A stretch of 64,000 nucleotides of DNA from Nitrosopumilus sp. GTDB lineage: Archaea > Thermoproteota > Nitrososphaeria > Nitrososphaerales > Nitrosopumilaceae. How positions within the stretch are numbered: the first letter of the stretch is position 1; every line of letters begins with the position of its first letter. Where the stretch lies: NCBI GenBank assembly GCA_965218695.1, contig OZ244651.1, positions 32,001 to 96,000 on the forward strand, given 5' to 3'. The notes below the pieces were generated by a model, which had not been told where the DNA came from, ran no database searches, and worked only from the letters and a program-made list of their open reading frames with translations. Positions 18,736 to 30,158 of this stretch are shown here, piece after piece. The position numbers and the translations under genes are program-made.

Positions 18736-19242
18736 CTACTCCATCATGTCAAGCAGTGCCTGCATCCGGTTTTTGATCTCAGGCGAGACGCGTACCACCA
18801 CAAGGCCCTCGTCTGGCTGGCCATACAGGACTACGGCGTTGGCAGGCGCGTGAATGCAGGCAGGAATCACCAGCAGATCCTCTTCGCCGTTGACGTGCAG
18901 CCTCACGGGAGGCGGCATTGCAAGGGCGGTTTGGATTGCCCGAATGCCTTGGGTTGTGATCTCTGCTGCAGGATTGTCGGTGGTGATCTCGGTTGCGCCG
19001 GACAGTGCAGGAGGCCTTCGCTTCTTTCGCTTCTCCAGACCGTCGACTATCTGGAGGGACGGAACGATGCCAAGACCGATCATCCTCTCGGTGGTCCGGT
19101 CGCCTACGGTTATGATGTAGGCATCCCTTGGCAGGTGGCTTTGAATCTCAGCCATGCCGGTACTGTCATCCGGAAGCAACACGCCCAGAGGGGTCTTCAT
19201 GTGATCTCTTAGGGAATCGGGCAGTTTCACGGGGGTTCGCAT
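18736..19242 (-). CDS. Archaeal GTP-dependent dephospho-CoA kinase (DUF359)
   Basis: ITVGD.TT, IVDG..KR, NP...I, V.GEEDL, VLYGQP.EG. Confidence 0.9.
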   Translation of the reverse strand: MRTPVKLPDSLRDHMKTPLGVLLPDDSTGMAEIQSHLPRDAYIITVGDRTTERMIGLGIVPSLQIVDGLEKRKKRRPPALSGATEITTDNPAAEITTQGIRAIQTALAMPPPVRLHVNGEEDLLVIPACIHAPANAVVLYGQPDEGLVVVRVSPEIKNRMQALLDMME

Positions 19243-20340
19243 CTAGTTTGAGGCGCTTGCCTCTGATCCCTCAGACTCCATCTCCTGCTGCAGTTTTGCG
19301 GCAAGAATGCTGCACTGGGCGGCAATGTTCTTGGCAGCCACCCTGAAGGCTACGGCACTCGGAGACTCGGTGTTTGTAATCATGATGGGCTTTCCCAAGT
19401 CGGATCCCGACATGATGCCGGAGTTTAGCGGAATCTCGCCCAGAAACGGCATCTTGAACTGCTCGCTTATCTTTCTGGCGCCGCCTTCGCCAAAGACGTA
19501 GTGTCTCTCGTCACAGCTCGGGCAGATAAAGTGGCTCATATTCTCGACGACGCCGATTATCGGAACGTTGAGCTTTTCAAACATGCCGATTGCCTTTACT
19601 GCGACATTACTGGCAACATCCTGCGGCGTGGTCACCACCAGAATTCCTGTGATGGGGATAGTCTGTGCAAGGGTCAGCGGTATGTCGCCGGTGCCTGGCG
19701 GAAGATCCACTATCAGATAGTCCAGATCAGACCAGTTGGTGTCAACAAGAAACTGCTTGAGTATTCCGGATATTATCGGGCCGCGATATATTGCAGCCTG
19801 GTGTGACTGTTCGGCAAAGAATCCAAAGGATACCACCTGGAGTCCGTTAGAGTCTGCAGGCTGAAGCTTGTTGTCCTCTACTTCCATGTAGGCGTCCTTC
19901 ATTCCAAGCATGAGCGGGATGCTGGGCCCGTAGATGTCTGCATCAAGAAGCCCCACCTTGGCCCCCGTCTGGGACAGCGCAAGTGCCAGGTTCAGGGAGA
20001 CGGTGGACTTGCCGACGCCGCCCTTTCCGCTTGCAACGCCGATGATATTCTTGACAGTTGCCATTCCGGTATCCGCATCAAGGGAGCGTCCCTCCATCAC
20101 CTTTGCAGTCACGTTCAGATCAAAATTCTTCAACTCTGAGAGCTCGCCCACCGCGCGCCTGACGTCATCTTCAATCTCAACGTTGAAGGGACATGCAGGA
20201 GTGGTCAGTTCGAGTGTGAACTTTAGGTTGCCGTCTGCAAGCTCCAGATCCTTTATCATGCCCATGGAGACGATATCCTTCTTCAGGTCGGGATCAATTA
20301 CTGTGCTGAGCTTCTCAAGGACCTGATCGATTCCAACCAT
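19243..20340 (-). CDS. Mrp/NBP35 Fe-S cluster carrier ATPase with N-terminal DUF59
   Basis: VIDPDL..DIVSMG, LTTPACP, SGKGGVGKST, DADIYGPS, DLPPGTGD, ENMS..ICPSC. Confidence 0.95.
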   Translation of the reverse strand: MVGIDQVLEKLSTVIDPDLKKDIVSMGMIKDLELADGNLKFTLELTTPACPFNVEIEDDVRRAVGELSELKNFDLNVTAKVMEGRSLDADTGMATVKNIIGVASGKGGVGKSTVSLNLALALSQTGAKVGLLDADIYGPSIPLMLGMKDAYMEVEDNKLQPADSNGLQVVSFGFFAEQSHQAAIYRGPIISGILKQFLVDTNWSDLDYLIVDLPPGTGDIPLTLAQTIPITGILVVTTPQDVASNVAVKAIGMFEKLNVPIIGVVENMSHFICPSCDERHYVFGEGGARKISEQFKMPFLGEIPLNSGIMSGSDLGKPIMITNTESPSAVAFRVAAKNIAAQCSILAAKLQQEMESEGSEASASN

Positions 20341-20553
20341 TGCGTCCAAAAGTTCATCGACATTATTTAAACATAAGTCGGAATGCTGCAGGAGTGTTTT
20401 GGATATGCCACATCCCAAAAACATGTTGGAACAGGTTACGGTTCCAGTCTATTCAATCAGATGACATAATCCGGGACAAGCCTGTCTGTCTGTCTGTCTG
20501 CCATGGGGAGAAGTGAATTCAGGCCGTCGACTTCCTGCGCGTATTTCCAATTT

Positions 20554-22974
20554 CTATCCAGGGCTCATGCTTTGGACACTCGAGATTCCGTCTTGTTTTG
20601 ATATACGGAATACGTGGTCGGCGCAAGTCTCAAGCTCCGGGTCATGAGAGACAAGTATGATCTGTTCGGATTTGAGATCATCGAGTATCTGACGGACCTT
20701 GTACAGTTGATCCTTGGAAAAGCCGTCTGTGGGCTCGTCTAGAATCAGCAGGTTGGACTTTATCGAACCTTCCTCCCGTACCAGGGAGTTCAGGGTAAGC
20801 CGGTATGCCAGTGCGATGCTGGTCTTCTCCCCTCCCGACAGGAATGCAACATCCTGGTCTATTCCATCCTGGTATACAATGGGTGTAAAATTCTCGTCAA
20901 TACTAGATTCCTTTGTGGGATCATCAACCAGCCGGGAGTACCAGTCATGATATGTCTCGTTGAATCTCTGCAGGATGGACAGCATTACCTGCTTTTCAAT
21001 CTGCGCAGTTGTCGGAATGAAAAAGTACTCAAGCCATTCCTGAAACCGGGAGAAGTGTCCATGTCTTGATTTCCATCTTTTGGATTCGGCAAGCCTGGCC
21101 TTGTCCTGTTCCATCCTCTCTTCTTCGCCATTTATCGTTGCCTCCCCCACGGCAATGCTGCTCATAACCTTGCCGCAGTCATCCTGAAGCCGGTTCAGGT
21201 CAGTGTTTTTTTGCAGTATCAGATCATCCACATTGCCAAAGGATTCAAGATCCGATCTCTTCTGATTTAGTTCTGACTCCCAGCCGGAGATTTGTGATGC
21301 AGCAGAACCCATCTCCTCGCGATTCTGTTGTATAATGTCCTCTGCCCTCTGTCTTGCATCCTCGATGCGCCGGACTTGGCTGGTCGTATTCTCATATTGG
21401 ACAAGATCATCTTTGAGTTTGGTCAGAACATCAATTGGATCCCCGCCTTTGAATTCAGAGTACTTTACATTAAACATCCGTATGCCAGAATCGATTGAGG
21501 GTATTTTTGCCCTTTTCTCGTCACGCTCTCTGATTAGCCGGATCACATCTCGGATTCGGGAGATTTCATCGTCATGCGAACTCTGCTGTTGTCTGTTTTC
21601 ACTCAGCTGGGAGTTCAGCTGGGACAGCAGGGCATCAGAAGATGCAAGATCTCTGTCCAACTCCAATACCTGCTCCCTTTTCTCATCGACCATTGCATGA
21701 CTGTGCTGCTCGTCGATGATCTGCGCGCATGTGGGACATCGGTCCCCCAGCACGACAAATCTGCTTATCTCTGCTTCCAGCGTGCTCTTGTCTGCCTGTA
21801 TTTTGGCTTTCTGGCTGGTTGCGTCTTCCAGCCTCTTGCGGATATCCTGCTCGCACTCATCACACAGTCTCTTCTCTTCCTGTAGGGATTCCATGGTGTC
21901 GCTGACTGATTCAATGTCAGAATCCATGCTGCCAAGTTGGCCCTGTATTCGAGATATCTCGCTGACAAGGGATCTCTTTTCAGACTCTATCCGTATGCGA
22001 TCCTCCTCGATTCCTTGGAATTTTTTTATCTCAGATGTCAGCTCGGCTGTACTCATTTCAGTGTCTGGTTTTTTTATCTTGGAGAGACGCTCATGCTCCA
22101 GATTCAGCCTATTCATCTCACTTTCGGAACTTGCAACTGCCTGCTTCATCTGCAGGATCGAATTTGTCCTGTCACTTATTCTATCCACCATATTTTTAAT
22201 TGCGTATTCAAGGCGAATCCTGGCCTGGTTTTTCTCCTGCAGTTGTTCCAGGGATGTCCGGGCATCGGCGAGATCTTGTTCAAGAATTTTTAGTCTTCTT
22301 TGTTCCTTTAGGATGGCATCACCGGTGGCAGCGATTGTGCTGTTGGCTTTTTCTATCTGCGACTCCAGTTCTGAGATATTGCTGAATTTTTCCTGCATTA
22401 CTCTGATCTCGGTTTTGATGTAGGAGGACAGAACATCGGCATTGGATTCGGCAGTGCTGTACTCTTTTATTTGAAATGCTTTTCTTATGGTCTCAAGACG
22501 CTTGCCGGCATCAAAGAGCACATCTTTCATTGCCTCCTGGGGGGTGAAGATGGCATACCGGAATATTCTGCTCACCGCCTTGGAGTCAGGGGATTCGTTG
22601 AACCTGAGAATCTGCAGAATTCGCTGCTTTAGGTCCGATGGGGAGAGGGGCTCCTTTGTTCCTTCAGTCTTTATCCAGGTCTCCTTCGGGTTCTGGTTTA
22701 TGCCATGGTCTGTTCTTTTCAGCGTCCTTTTAATCTCGTATCTGCGTCCGTCCACTGAAAACTCTAGGATGACATAGCCTGCACTCTCTTTTTTGGCCAG
22801 CAGTGCTTCATGAGTTTTGGAGCTCGATCCAAACAGTGCAAACTCGATTGCCATCAGTATGGTGGATTTTCCAGAACCGATATCGCCTTCAAACAGAGAT
22901 ACTCCGGATGGGAATTCCACCTCCTCGTGGACATAGCTTCGAATGTTCTCGATTACAATGGAGTTAAGAATCAT
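20554..22974 (-). CDS. rad50: Rad50 SMC-like ATPase
   Basis: Walker A GDIGSGKS, coiled coil with CPTC zinc hook, LSGGE, ILDEPT, VSH. Confidence 0.95.
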   Translation of the reverse strand: MILNSIVIENIRSYVHEEVEFPSGVSLFEGDIGSGKSTILMAIEFALFGSSSKTHEALLAKKESAGYVILEFSVDGRRYEIKRTLKRTDHGINQNPKETWIKTEGTKEPLSPSDLKQRILQILRFNESPDSKAVSRIFRYAIFTPQEAMKDVLFDAGKRLETIRKAFQIKEYSTAESNADVLSSYIKTEIRVMQEKFSNISELESQIEKANSTIAATGDAILKEQRRLKILEQDLADARTSLEQLQEKNQARIRLEYAIKNMVDRISDRTNSILQMKQAVASSESEMNRLNLEHERLSKIKKPDTEMSTAELTSEIKKFQGIEEDRIRIESEKRSLVSEISRIQGQLGSMDSDIESVSDTMESLQEEKRLCDECEQDIRKRLEDATSQKAKIQADKSTLEAEISRFVVLGDRCPTCAQIIDEQHSHAMVDEKREQVLELDRDLASSDALLSQLNSQLSENRQQQSSHDDEISRIRDVIRLIRERDEKRAKIPSIDSGIRMFNVKYSEFKGGDPIDVLTKLKDDLVQYENTTSQVRRIEDARQRAEDIIQQNREEMGSAASQISGWESELNQKRSDLESFGNVDDLILQKNTDLNRLQDDCGKVMSSIAVGEATINGEEERMEQDKARLAESKRWKSRHGHFSRFQEWLEYFFIPTTAQIEKQVMLSILQRFNETYHDWYSRLVDDPTKESSIDENFTPIVYQDGIDQDVAFLSGGEKTSIALAYRLTLNSLVREEGSIKSNLLILDEPTDGFSKDQLYKVRQILDDLKSEQIILVSHDPELETCADHVFRISKQDGISSVQSMSPG

Positions 22975-24226
22975 CGTCGTCCCCGTCCAGTCCCAGAATC
23001 GCCAGTGCGTCGTTTTGAATCCTTGCAGCGTATGTGTTCTTTTTTTCATTGGCCAGTGGTTCTTCTCCCAGCTTTCGAAGCAGTCTTAGTGCAAGATCAA
23101 CGCCCTGCTCTCCCAACAGATCCTTTTGATCAAGACGGAGCTGTCCTATGTTTTCAGAAAATATGTTGGTCTCGATCTCCGCGCGGTCGGCGCCATTTGC
23201 CTGCGTGATGGAATATTCCTTTGATTTTAGCTGGTTCTTGTTTACCAGTGACACAAGCGAGCCTCTTTGTGCAAGGCTGCTTCTTGCAGCAGAGATATCC
23301 ACATCGGCGGTCTTTCCACTGGTCATCTCGCCTGCAATCTTGACTATCACGACCTTGTCGGCGGGATTAATTTCATCTATGCTCCGGCGCAGCCTCTGGT
23401 CGACAGATTCTGCGGATTTGTCCTCTGCGTCGATCTCTATCAATTCGTACCGGGTGTTTTCCAGAGCGACAAACTCGACTGACTTTACATCGTCTTCAAA
23501 CTCGACTGTGTAAAATCCCCGCTCCATCCCCCGGGCGTTGTGCTCCAGATCCGAGTGGTATCCTGCAAACGGGGTTCCAGGGTAGACGACATGCGGGTAT
23601 CTCTCAAATGTCTGATGGCTGCTCTTGTGCATGTGACCTCCGGCATAGTAGGAGAATCCGCCTGGAAGCAGTGACAGTGGCATCTGGTCTCCCTCATTGA
23701 CCGAATCTCTCTTCATCTCCGCAATCCCTGCATGAAACAGAAATATCTTGAATCCGGGCTCGGATTCCAGGGGAATTCTGTCAAGTTTTTGATAGTGCTC
23801 CCTGTCGTTTCCGGCCTTGAGCCCGGACAGGCCGGTGATCTTGGCACCTGTCTTTTCATCGGATATGAAGCCAAGGGATATCGTCCCGTCATCGTTGCTT
23901 GTGGCATTTGTAACCTTGATTATGTAGCCTGCAGCAGCCAGCAGATCTATTACCGAGTTTGACACCGGGGAAAAGTCATGGCTCCCATACACGACATAGA
24001 CGGGGATCCCGGCCTCGTATACCTCCCGGAACTTTGCAAAGGCGTACTTTTGAACGCGCATCTCCGGAATGTTTACATGAAATATGTCGCCGGGCATCAG
24101 GATAAAGTCGACATTCATGGACATGCATCTGTCAAGTGCATCCTCAAAGACGCGTCGTTCCACGTCCTGCAGGGCAGACTCTTTTTGAAATCCCAGATGA
24201 ATGTCTGACATGTGTGCAAATCTCAA
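22964..24226 (-). CDS. mre11: Mre11 nuclease
   Basis: HMSDIHLG, PGDIFH, GSHD, GGHMH, YPG. TTG start assumed. Confidence 0.93.
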   Translation of the reverse strand: MRFAHMSDIHLGFQKESALQDVERRVFEDALDRCMSMNVDFILMPGDIFHVNIPEMRVQKYAFAKFREVYEAGIPVYVVYGSHDFSPVSNSVIDLLAAAGYIIKVTNATSNDDGTISLGFISDEKTGAKITGLSGLKAGNDREHYQKLDRIPLESEPGFKIFLFHAGIAEMKRDSVNEGDQMPLSLLPGGFSYYAGGHMHKSSHQTFERYPHVVYPGTPFAGYHSDLEHNARGMERGFYTVEFEDDVKSVEFVALENTRYELIEIDAEDKSAESVDQRLRRSIDEINPADKVVIVKIAGEMTSGKTADVDISAARSSLAQRGSLVSLVNKNQLKSKEYSITQANGADRAEIETNIFSENIGQLRLDQKDLLGEQGVDLALRLLRKLGEEPLANEKKNTYAARIQNDALAILGLDGDDDDS

Positions 24227-24227
24227 A

Positions 24228-25796
24228 CTAGAACACCTTGATCTTTTCAGGTTTTGGGGGGCGCTGCTGGCTGTCCACCAGATCATCAAAGAGCGGAATC
24301 TTGATTGGCATGGCAAACGGCACAAAGATGCTGGTAATTATTGCCTCTCCCTTGTCCAGGCTTGCGATATTCTTGTCGTCGCCGGACAGATCCTGCGAGG
24401 CAGAGGCAATTATCGCGTCCCTCTCCTGCTTCATCTCGTTGCCCAGGATTATCTTTGTGTTCATGTTTGCAAGGATGGTCTTGGGTATTACGCTTGAGAG
24501 CTGCGTGATGGCGGTAAGCCCCACCTTGAACTTGCGTCCCTCCTTGGCGATCGTGGAATAGACATTGTCATTTGATACCAGCACGTCGCCGCCTATGACG
24601 CGTGGTGCCTCCTCGATTACTATGGTTGCGACCGGCTTGCGGTCCAGCTGGCCCCTTGCCTTTGCGTCCTTGTACCGGTGCAATAATTTGTCTGCAATGA
24701 TGTTCCCGACGATCAGTTCTGCCTCGTCTCCCAGTCTCGAGGTGTCCAGAACCACCACCCTGCCCTGCTCTATCTCGTCTACTATGTCATCTACAGTTGT
24801 AATGCCCCTCGTGTCAGCGTCAAACACCTCGTGTCTGGAGGAGACTGTATCAGACTCGTCCACGTGCAGATTCAAAAGCATACGTAGTCTCCTCTGAACC
24901 ACCATCAGGGTCGATGACTTGAATCCGTCCTGACCGGTGCCTGACCCGTCAATGCTGCCAGAGGACGGATCTGCCTGCATCAGTCTCTTGATCCATTCCT
25001 TTTTGTGCTTTCTGAATGCGGCCCGGATCGCCTGAAGCTGTGCATCTGAAAAATCAACAATCCCCTCAAAGTGTTCTGGCCCGACTGACTGCAAGTTGAT
25101 CGTCAGCTGCCTGGCACCCGGCGGCGGATCAGAGGGAGTATAGTATGCAAGATTTTCTGCTGCCCTAAGATGATCCTTCAGGCCTTTCCTTCCCCGTCCA
25201 TAATATTCATCGTGCGCATCAAGAACCAGCGCGCCGACATCGTTTGTGTCAAGTACGTTCCACAGGATGCACTTTATCAGGTTGGACTTCCCCCTGCCCG
25301 TGGCTGCCGGAATCAGCACATGGTGTGAAAATACATCCTGCGCAGGCAGCCAGACCTTGGCATCCAGGGATGTGCTTCCGCTCCGGATATTGCCTACAAA
25401 GATTGAATCGCGGTTCTTTTGCAGGAACTTCAGGTCGTCAGAGGATATCAGGCGCAGCCTGCTAAAGAACGTGGGGAGTGATTTTGGAATCCTGACCTTG
25501 TCATTCCTGTCCACCCGGGCAAGCGGTTTGAGTTTGGCCAAGACGTAGTTGACAAATTCTGGCTCATAAAATTTGGCATCAATTATCTGCTCCATGTTCA
25601 CACCGGACATCATCTGGCGCATCCCCTCCTGTATCTGCGAGCCGTACTCCATGTCAAATACCTGCAGGATCAGAAACGAGTCCTTTTCCTGTGATACCAG
25701 CAGGCTGCCAATCTCAATGCCTGCCCCGTCCTTTTCCCGGAGTATTATGCGTCCAAAATCCCCGCCTACCACCTGTCCTACTATTCCACCATTCAT
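24228..25796 (-). CDS. herA: HerA helicase/ATPase
   Basis: HAS barrel, [29 protein letters not shown]. Confidence 0.93.
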   Translation of the reverse strand: MNGGIVGQVVGGDFGRIILREKDGAGIEIGSLLVSQEKDSFLILQVFDMEYGSQIQEGMRQMMSGVNMEQIIDAKFYEPEFVNYVLAKLKPLARVDRNDKVRIPKSLPTFFSRLRLISSDDLKFLQKNRDSIFVGNIRSGSTSLDAKVWLPAQDVFSHHVLIPAATGRGKSNLIKCILWNVLDTNDVGALVLDAHDEYYGRGRKGLKDHLRAAENLAYYTPSDPPPGARQLTINLQSVGPEHFEGIVDFSDAQLQAIRAAFRKHKKEWIKRLMQADPSSGSIDGSGTGQDGFKSSTLMVVQRRLRMLLNLHVDESDTVSSRHEVFDADTRGITTVDDIVDEIEQGRVVVLDTSRLGDEAELIVGNIIADKLLHRYKDAKARGQLDRKPVATIVIEEAPRVIGGDVLVSNDNVYSTIAKEGRKFKVGLTAITQLSSVIPKTILANMNTKIILGNEMKQERDAIIASASQDLSGDDKNIASLDKGEAIITSIFVPFAMPIKIPLFDDLVDSQQRPPKPEKIKVF

Positions 25797-26884
25797 ACGG
25801 TTGCACCATTCAAAACGTCATGTGCCGTCAGGCTGGTATCATACATTTGCATCATCTTCCACTCGGGCCGCTTGAGCATCTCTATCCGGGCATGTCGGCG
25901 GTACATGCTTAATTCGTTTGTGCGTATCTGGGCAAACCTGTCTGCATCCAGTGCGCCGTACGGATAGCCAATCATGGAGACATCCTGGGAGTTTTCAGCC
26001 AGACTGCCAAGTACCGAGTCCAGATCATCAGGAGTCATGCTGTGGAATTGATCCCGGAGTATCTCAAACCTGAAGACGAATCTGGATTCATTGTGAAATT
26101 TAACTGCAAGCATGAACTCTTTGCCGTCAGGCGAGATCCTGTCGGCCACCTTCACATACCAGCTGCCATACGGAACGTCCCTTGCAATCTCTGCAACTCT
26201 TGCAAGGAGCGGATGGCCGGACTTGGTAACCAGCCGGCTTGTCTTTGCCAGTCCGCACACTATTACGCCCTTGTCCTGCGCGGCCCTGTACAGCCTGTCT
26301 GCGTATTGCGCCTCGTTTTCAAAACTGGTCTGCAGGGAGCCGTCCATGACCAGCATGTCTCCTGCCTCCAGCTCTGATTCCACTACGCGGATTGCCATCT
26401 GCCATTCGGCAAACCTCCGGCTCAGGGAGCTGAACCTTGAACTGTCAAGTACGGAGTTTCCTTCGATTTTTGAGGACAAGGCAGACTCGTCGGGAAGAAA
26501 CCTCCTGTCATTATCTGTATACGGAAACAGCCTTGTGCTGTATGTGATGCCCGTATCAGGCGTATCCAACACCACATAGGAGAAGAACTGTATACGCGGG
26601 CCGCATGCTGCCGGCGTGACTCTCCTCTTTCCTTGAAACAGGGAAAAATACACACGGTTAACTGTAATCAGATGGTTTGCCGACTCTGCCAGCAGTCCGT
26701 TGCCGCCGTCGACAAATGCCATCTTGCGCGATGTCTTAACGGGTCTTATCTCTGAGAACTCTGAGGGTATGAGTGGATAGGTCCGTCCGGTGGCATCCTT
26801 GCTCAGTATGACATCCGAATGCTTCCGTCCTGACAAGCAGGCGCCAAGATCTGCAACCACATTTTCCAGAGGGTTTTCACTCAT
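25793..26884 (-). CDS. nurA: NurA nuclease
   Basis: AFVDGG, MDGSL, GLAKTS, GYPYG...AD; first gene of the nurA-herA-mre11-rad50 operon. Confidence 0.92.
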   Translation of the reverse strand: MSENPLENVVADLGACLSGRKHSDVILSKDATGRTYPLIPSEFSEIRPVKTSRKMAFVDGGNGLLAESANHLITVNRVYFSLFQGKRRVTPAACGPRIQFFSYVVLDTPDTGITYSTRLFPYTDNDRRFLPDESALSSKIEGNSVLDSSRFSSLSRRFAEWQMAIRVVESELEAGDMLVMDGSLQTSFENEAQYADRLYRAAQDKGVIVCGLAKTSRLVTKSGHPLLARVAEIARDVPYGSWYVKVADRISPDGKEFMLAVKFHNESRFVFRFEILRDQFHSMTPDDLDSVLGSLAENSQDVSMIGYPYGALDADRFAQIRTNELSMYRRHARIEMLKRPEWKMMQMYDTSLTAHDVLNGATV

Positions 26885-27030
26885 AACGAGTCAGCCGTGT
26901 TCAGATTGTATAACATTTGCCCAAGGATGTAACTGCCAGGGGGTGATCAGGGGTTAGACCAAGCATTCGTCCCCAGCAGGTGCCGCATCCCAGCTAGCAT
27001 TAATTAGACAGCAGCCCCCAACCCCGGTGT

Positions 27031-27849
27031 TTGAAGAGGATCGGCCTGCTGGGCTGCGGTGCAATAGGAACCCGAATCGCGCTGGCAATAGATTCGGGAA
27101 GGATTCCTGCAACCCTTACACACGTGTATGATGACTCAAGGGATGCCTCTGCCAAACTGGCAGGACAACTCAAGAACAGGCCCGTAATAGTTGAAAATTC
27201 CCACCTCCTCTCATCGCATCCGGTAGACATCGTAGTGGAGGCTGCATCCCAGGATGCAGTCAGGGATGTGGCGCTGAGCGTCCTGCAGAACAGGAGGGAC
27301 CTCATGGTAATGAGCGTGGGTGCGCTGCTTGACGAGTCGGTCCACGAGGTGCTCTCAGATGCATGCGGTGACTTTTCGCGGACCATCCTTCTGCCGTCAG
27401 GTGCGATTGCAGGACTGGACGCAATAAGGGCAGTCCGGGACGAACTTGACAGCGTCTGCATTACCACCACAAAGCACCCGTCGTCTTTGAAGGGGGCAAG
27501 GTTCTTCGAGGAGTCCGGGATTGATCCTAACGGTATCGATTCGGCAACCACAATATTTGAGGGAACCGCAGGACAGGGAGTACGCATGTTTCCTGCAAAC
27601 ATCAACGTTGCAGCGCTGCTGTCGCTGTCGGGGATAGGCAGCGACAGGACCACGGTGAGAATAGTTGCAGACCCCAATACTGACAGGAACACCCACCACA
27701 TAGAGGCTGTCGGAAAATTTGGGAGCATGTCGTTTACGATACGGAACTTTCCGGATCCGCAGAACCCCAAGACGAGCAGACTGGCGACCCTGTCTGCAAT
27801 CGAGACCCTGAGGGAGTACTGTTCAGACGGAATCCGGATAGGCACGTGA
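27031..27849 (+). CDS. nadX: L-aspartate dehydrogenase
   Basis: GCGAIG, VEAAS, SVGAL, PSGAIAGLD, FPANINVA, NPKTS. Confidence 0.95.
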   Translation: MKRIGLLGCGAIGTRIALAIDSGRIPATLTHVYDDSRDASAKLAGQLKNRPVIVENSHLLSSHPVDIVVEAASQDAVRDVALSVLQNRRDLMVMSVGALLDESVHEVLSDACGDFSRTILLPSGAIAGLDAIRAVRDELDSVCITTTKHPSSLKGARFFEESGIDPNGIDSATTIFEGTAGQGVRMFPANINVAALLSLSGIGSDRTTVRIVADPNTDRNTHHIEAVGKFGSMSFTIRNFPDPQNPKTSRLATLSAIETLREYCSDGIRIGT

Positions 27850-27940
27850 CATGGCAATTATTGCCACATTGGAGGGGTTTTTTGAGAATAATTGACTATT
27901 TCCCACTCTTTAAATCACCTCGGATTCAAATGGATAAGGC

Positions 27941-28897
27941 ATGCTCGTACAGCAGTCTTCACTATTAAAAGATGAGATTCAGAGACTCAAGAAGGAGAAG
28001 GATGTCGTAATCCTTGCACACAACTACCAGATTCCCGATGTCCAGGATGTGGCAGACTTTACAGGCGATTCGCTTGGCCTCTCAAGGCAGGCTGCAACGG
28101 TCTCACAGAAGACCATCCTGTTCTGCGGCGTGAACTTTATGGCAGAGACTGCGGCAATCATCAGCCCCGAAAAGAGGGTGCTGATTCCGGATCCGGAGGC
28201 AGGATGCTCCCTGTCAGACTCCATCACCGTCAAGGAGCTGAGGGACTGGAAGAGACAGCATCCCGGAGCCATATCCGTAGGGTACGTCAACACTACTGCA
28301 GAGATCAAGGCAGAGCTTGACTACTGCTGTACCTCATCAAACGCAGTAAACGTCGTCAGGGCGATTCCAGAGGACAAGGAGATCCTGTTCCTGCCAGACA
28401 TGTTCTTGGGCTCCTACGTTGCAAGAATGACGGGCAGGAAGAACATGAAGATATGGGCAGGGGAGTGCCATGTCCACGCCGGAATCACCCCGCAGGACAT
28501 CACCAAAAAACTGGACTCGATGAGGGACGCAGAGTTTGTCATACATCCAGAATGCAGCTGCACCACGCCCATGATGTATGATGCGGCAACAGGCGGCTTC
28601 GGGGACAGGAACGTATCCATCCTGTCCACAGAGGGCATGCTTAATCACGTCAGCAGATCAAAGGCAAGCAGGTTTGTAGTTGCCACCGAGACGGGCATAC
28701 TGTACAGGATGAGACAGCAGAATCCGGGCAAGACCTTCGTTCCCGCATCAGAAAAGGCCGAATGCCAGTACATGAAGATGATCACGCTTGAAAAGGTGCA
28801 CGATGCGCTGGTCAACGAAAGATATGCCGTTACCGTGCCTGCAGGCATTGCCAGAAAGGCACGCCGGGCAATCAACAGGATGCTTGAGATAAGCTAG
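27941..28897 (+). CDS. nadA: Quinolinate synthase
   Basis: LAHNYQ, GDSL.L, FCGV.FMAE, AGCSL, YVNT, GECHVH, HPEC, C.YMK. Confidence 0.97.
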   Translation: MLVQQSSLLKDEIQRLKKEKDVVILAHNYQIPDVQDVADFTGDSLGLSRQAATVSQKTILFCGVNFMAETAAIISPEKRVLIPDPEAGCSLSDSITVKELRDWKRQHPGAISVGYVNTTAEIKAELDYCCTSSNAVNVVRAIPEDKEILFLPDMFLGSYVARMTGRKNMKIWAGECHVHAGITPQDITKKLDSMRDAEFVIHPECSCTTPMMYDAATGGFGDRNVSILSTEGMLNHVSRSKASRFVVATETGILYRMRQQNPGKTFVPASEKAECQYMKMITLEKVHDALVNERYAVTVPAGIARKARRAINRMLEIS

Positions 28898-28908
28898 GAC
28901 CGTGTTAT

Positions 28909-29310
28909 GTGGCCATGACAGGATTGTTTGGCAGGCCCGCAGATCCCCACAGGAAGGAGAATGTAAAGAGGATAAAGGAGTTCAAAAAGCTTGTCAGGGA
29001 TGAAAAATACGACGAGGCAGTCAGGGCAGGCACGGAATATCTGAAAAGGGTGCCGGGAAATCAGGATGTCCTGTTTACCATCGGCGGAATATACTACATG
29101 AAGAGGAGGTACAAGACGTCCATAACATATCTTGACAGGGCCCTTGAGATTGGCTCGTATGACACAGAGGCGCTGCTGCTCAAGGCGCACTCCCACCACA
29201 GGCTGGGCCAGATGAAGCAGGCAATCCGGTGCTGCAAGAAGATTCAGGAGGTGGATCCAAAGAACAAGGCAGTGACAGAACTGCTACGGCAGGCAGAGTC
29301 AGATCTCTAG
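28909..29310 (+). CDS. TPR-repeat protein
   Basis: About three TPR-like helical repeats (A...Y..AL.I, DP.N). Confidence 0.8.
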   Translation: MAMTGLFGRPADPHRKENVKRIKEFKKLVRDEKYDEAVRAGTEYLKRVPGNQDVLFTIGGIYYMKRRYKTSITYLDRALEIGSYDTEALLLKAHSHHRLGQMKQAIRCCKKIQEVDPKNKAVTELLRQAESDL

Positions 29311-30120
29311 ACTCATGTCGATGCACCTGACAGAGTTTGTAATGGAGCCAGCAGAGATGATGTCAACTCCGGTATCGGCATACCTTGAGATGTTGCCCGG
29401 CGTGATTCCGCCTGACGCCTCCAACCGTACGCCGTCCCGGAGTCCTGCGTCCTTGAGGATCCGGATGGTCTCTTTGATCTGCGCCGGGGTAAAGTTGTCC
29501 AGCATCACGATTGCAGCCCCCTCCCTTGCGGCGAGAAGGGCATCATCGGCATTCTCCACCTCGACTTCGAATGTATCATGCGTCTTTCTTGCCTCCCTGA
29601 TCAGTGCCAAAAGGGAGCCGCCGGCAGCGATGTGGTTGTCTTTTATCATGACCATCTCGTCAAGCCGGAGCCGGTGCGGCCGGCCGCCGCCTGCCTGGAC
29701 TGCCTCCTTGTCAAAGTATCGCAGCCCGGGGGCAGTCTTTCTTGTTGCATACAAAAGCGTCCCGGCCGGAATCCTCCGAACCATCTGGTCAGTCTGGGTT
29801 GCAATCCCGCTCATTCTTGCAAGCAGGTTCAGGGCGGTCCTCTCGCATGCCAAAATGTCTGCAGCATTGCCGGCAACAGTCATTATGGTCTGATTGGGCC
29901 GGATTGGCGAGCCGTCCTTTACAAGGATTCTTGCCCTGCACCCTGTCATCCCAAACAGGTCCCTTGCATGCGTCGTGCCTGCAAGCACTGCATCCTCCCG
30001 GGATATTATTCTGGCACAAATCTGTTTTTTGGGCAGAAGCGCACCCGTGATGTCGCCGGCTCCTACATCCTCTGCAAGAAACTGTGCCAGCTGCCTTTTG
30101 GTATCAGACGACAATGTCAT
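29299..30120 (-). CDS. nadC: Quinolinate phosphoribosyltransferase
   Basis: EDVGAGDIT, ERTALN...MSGIAT, TRKT.PG, IKDNH, MLDN, EASGGI. Confidence 0.97.
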   Translation of the reverse strand: MTLSSDTKRQLAQFLAEDVGAGDITGALLPKKQICARIISREDAVLAGTTHARDLFGMTGCRARILVKDGSPIRPNQTIMTVAGNAADILACERTALNLLARMSGIATQTDQMVRRIPAGTLLYATRKTAPGLRYFDKEAVQAGGGRPHRLRLDEMVMIKDNHIAAGGSLLALIREARKTHDTFEVEVENADDALLAAREGAAIVMLDNFTPAQIKETIRILKDAGLRDGVRLEASGGITPGNISRYADTGVDIISAGSITNSVRCIDMSLEI

Positions 30121-30158
30121 TATGGGTTATTGGAGGATTTTAAATATTTGAGTTCCCG

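Noticed and set aside
20554-26884. nurA-herA-mre11-rad50 as a novel defence system
   Set aside because: It is the canonical archaeal double-strand-break resection operon with all expected motifs.
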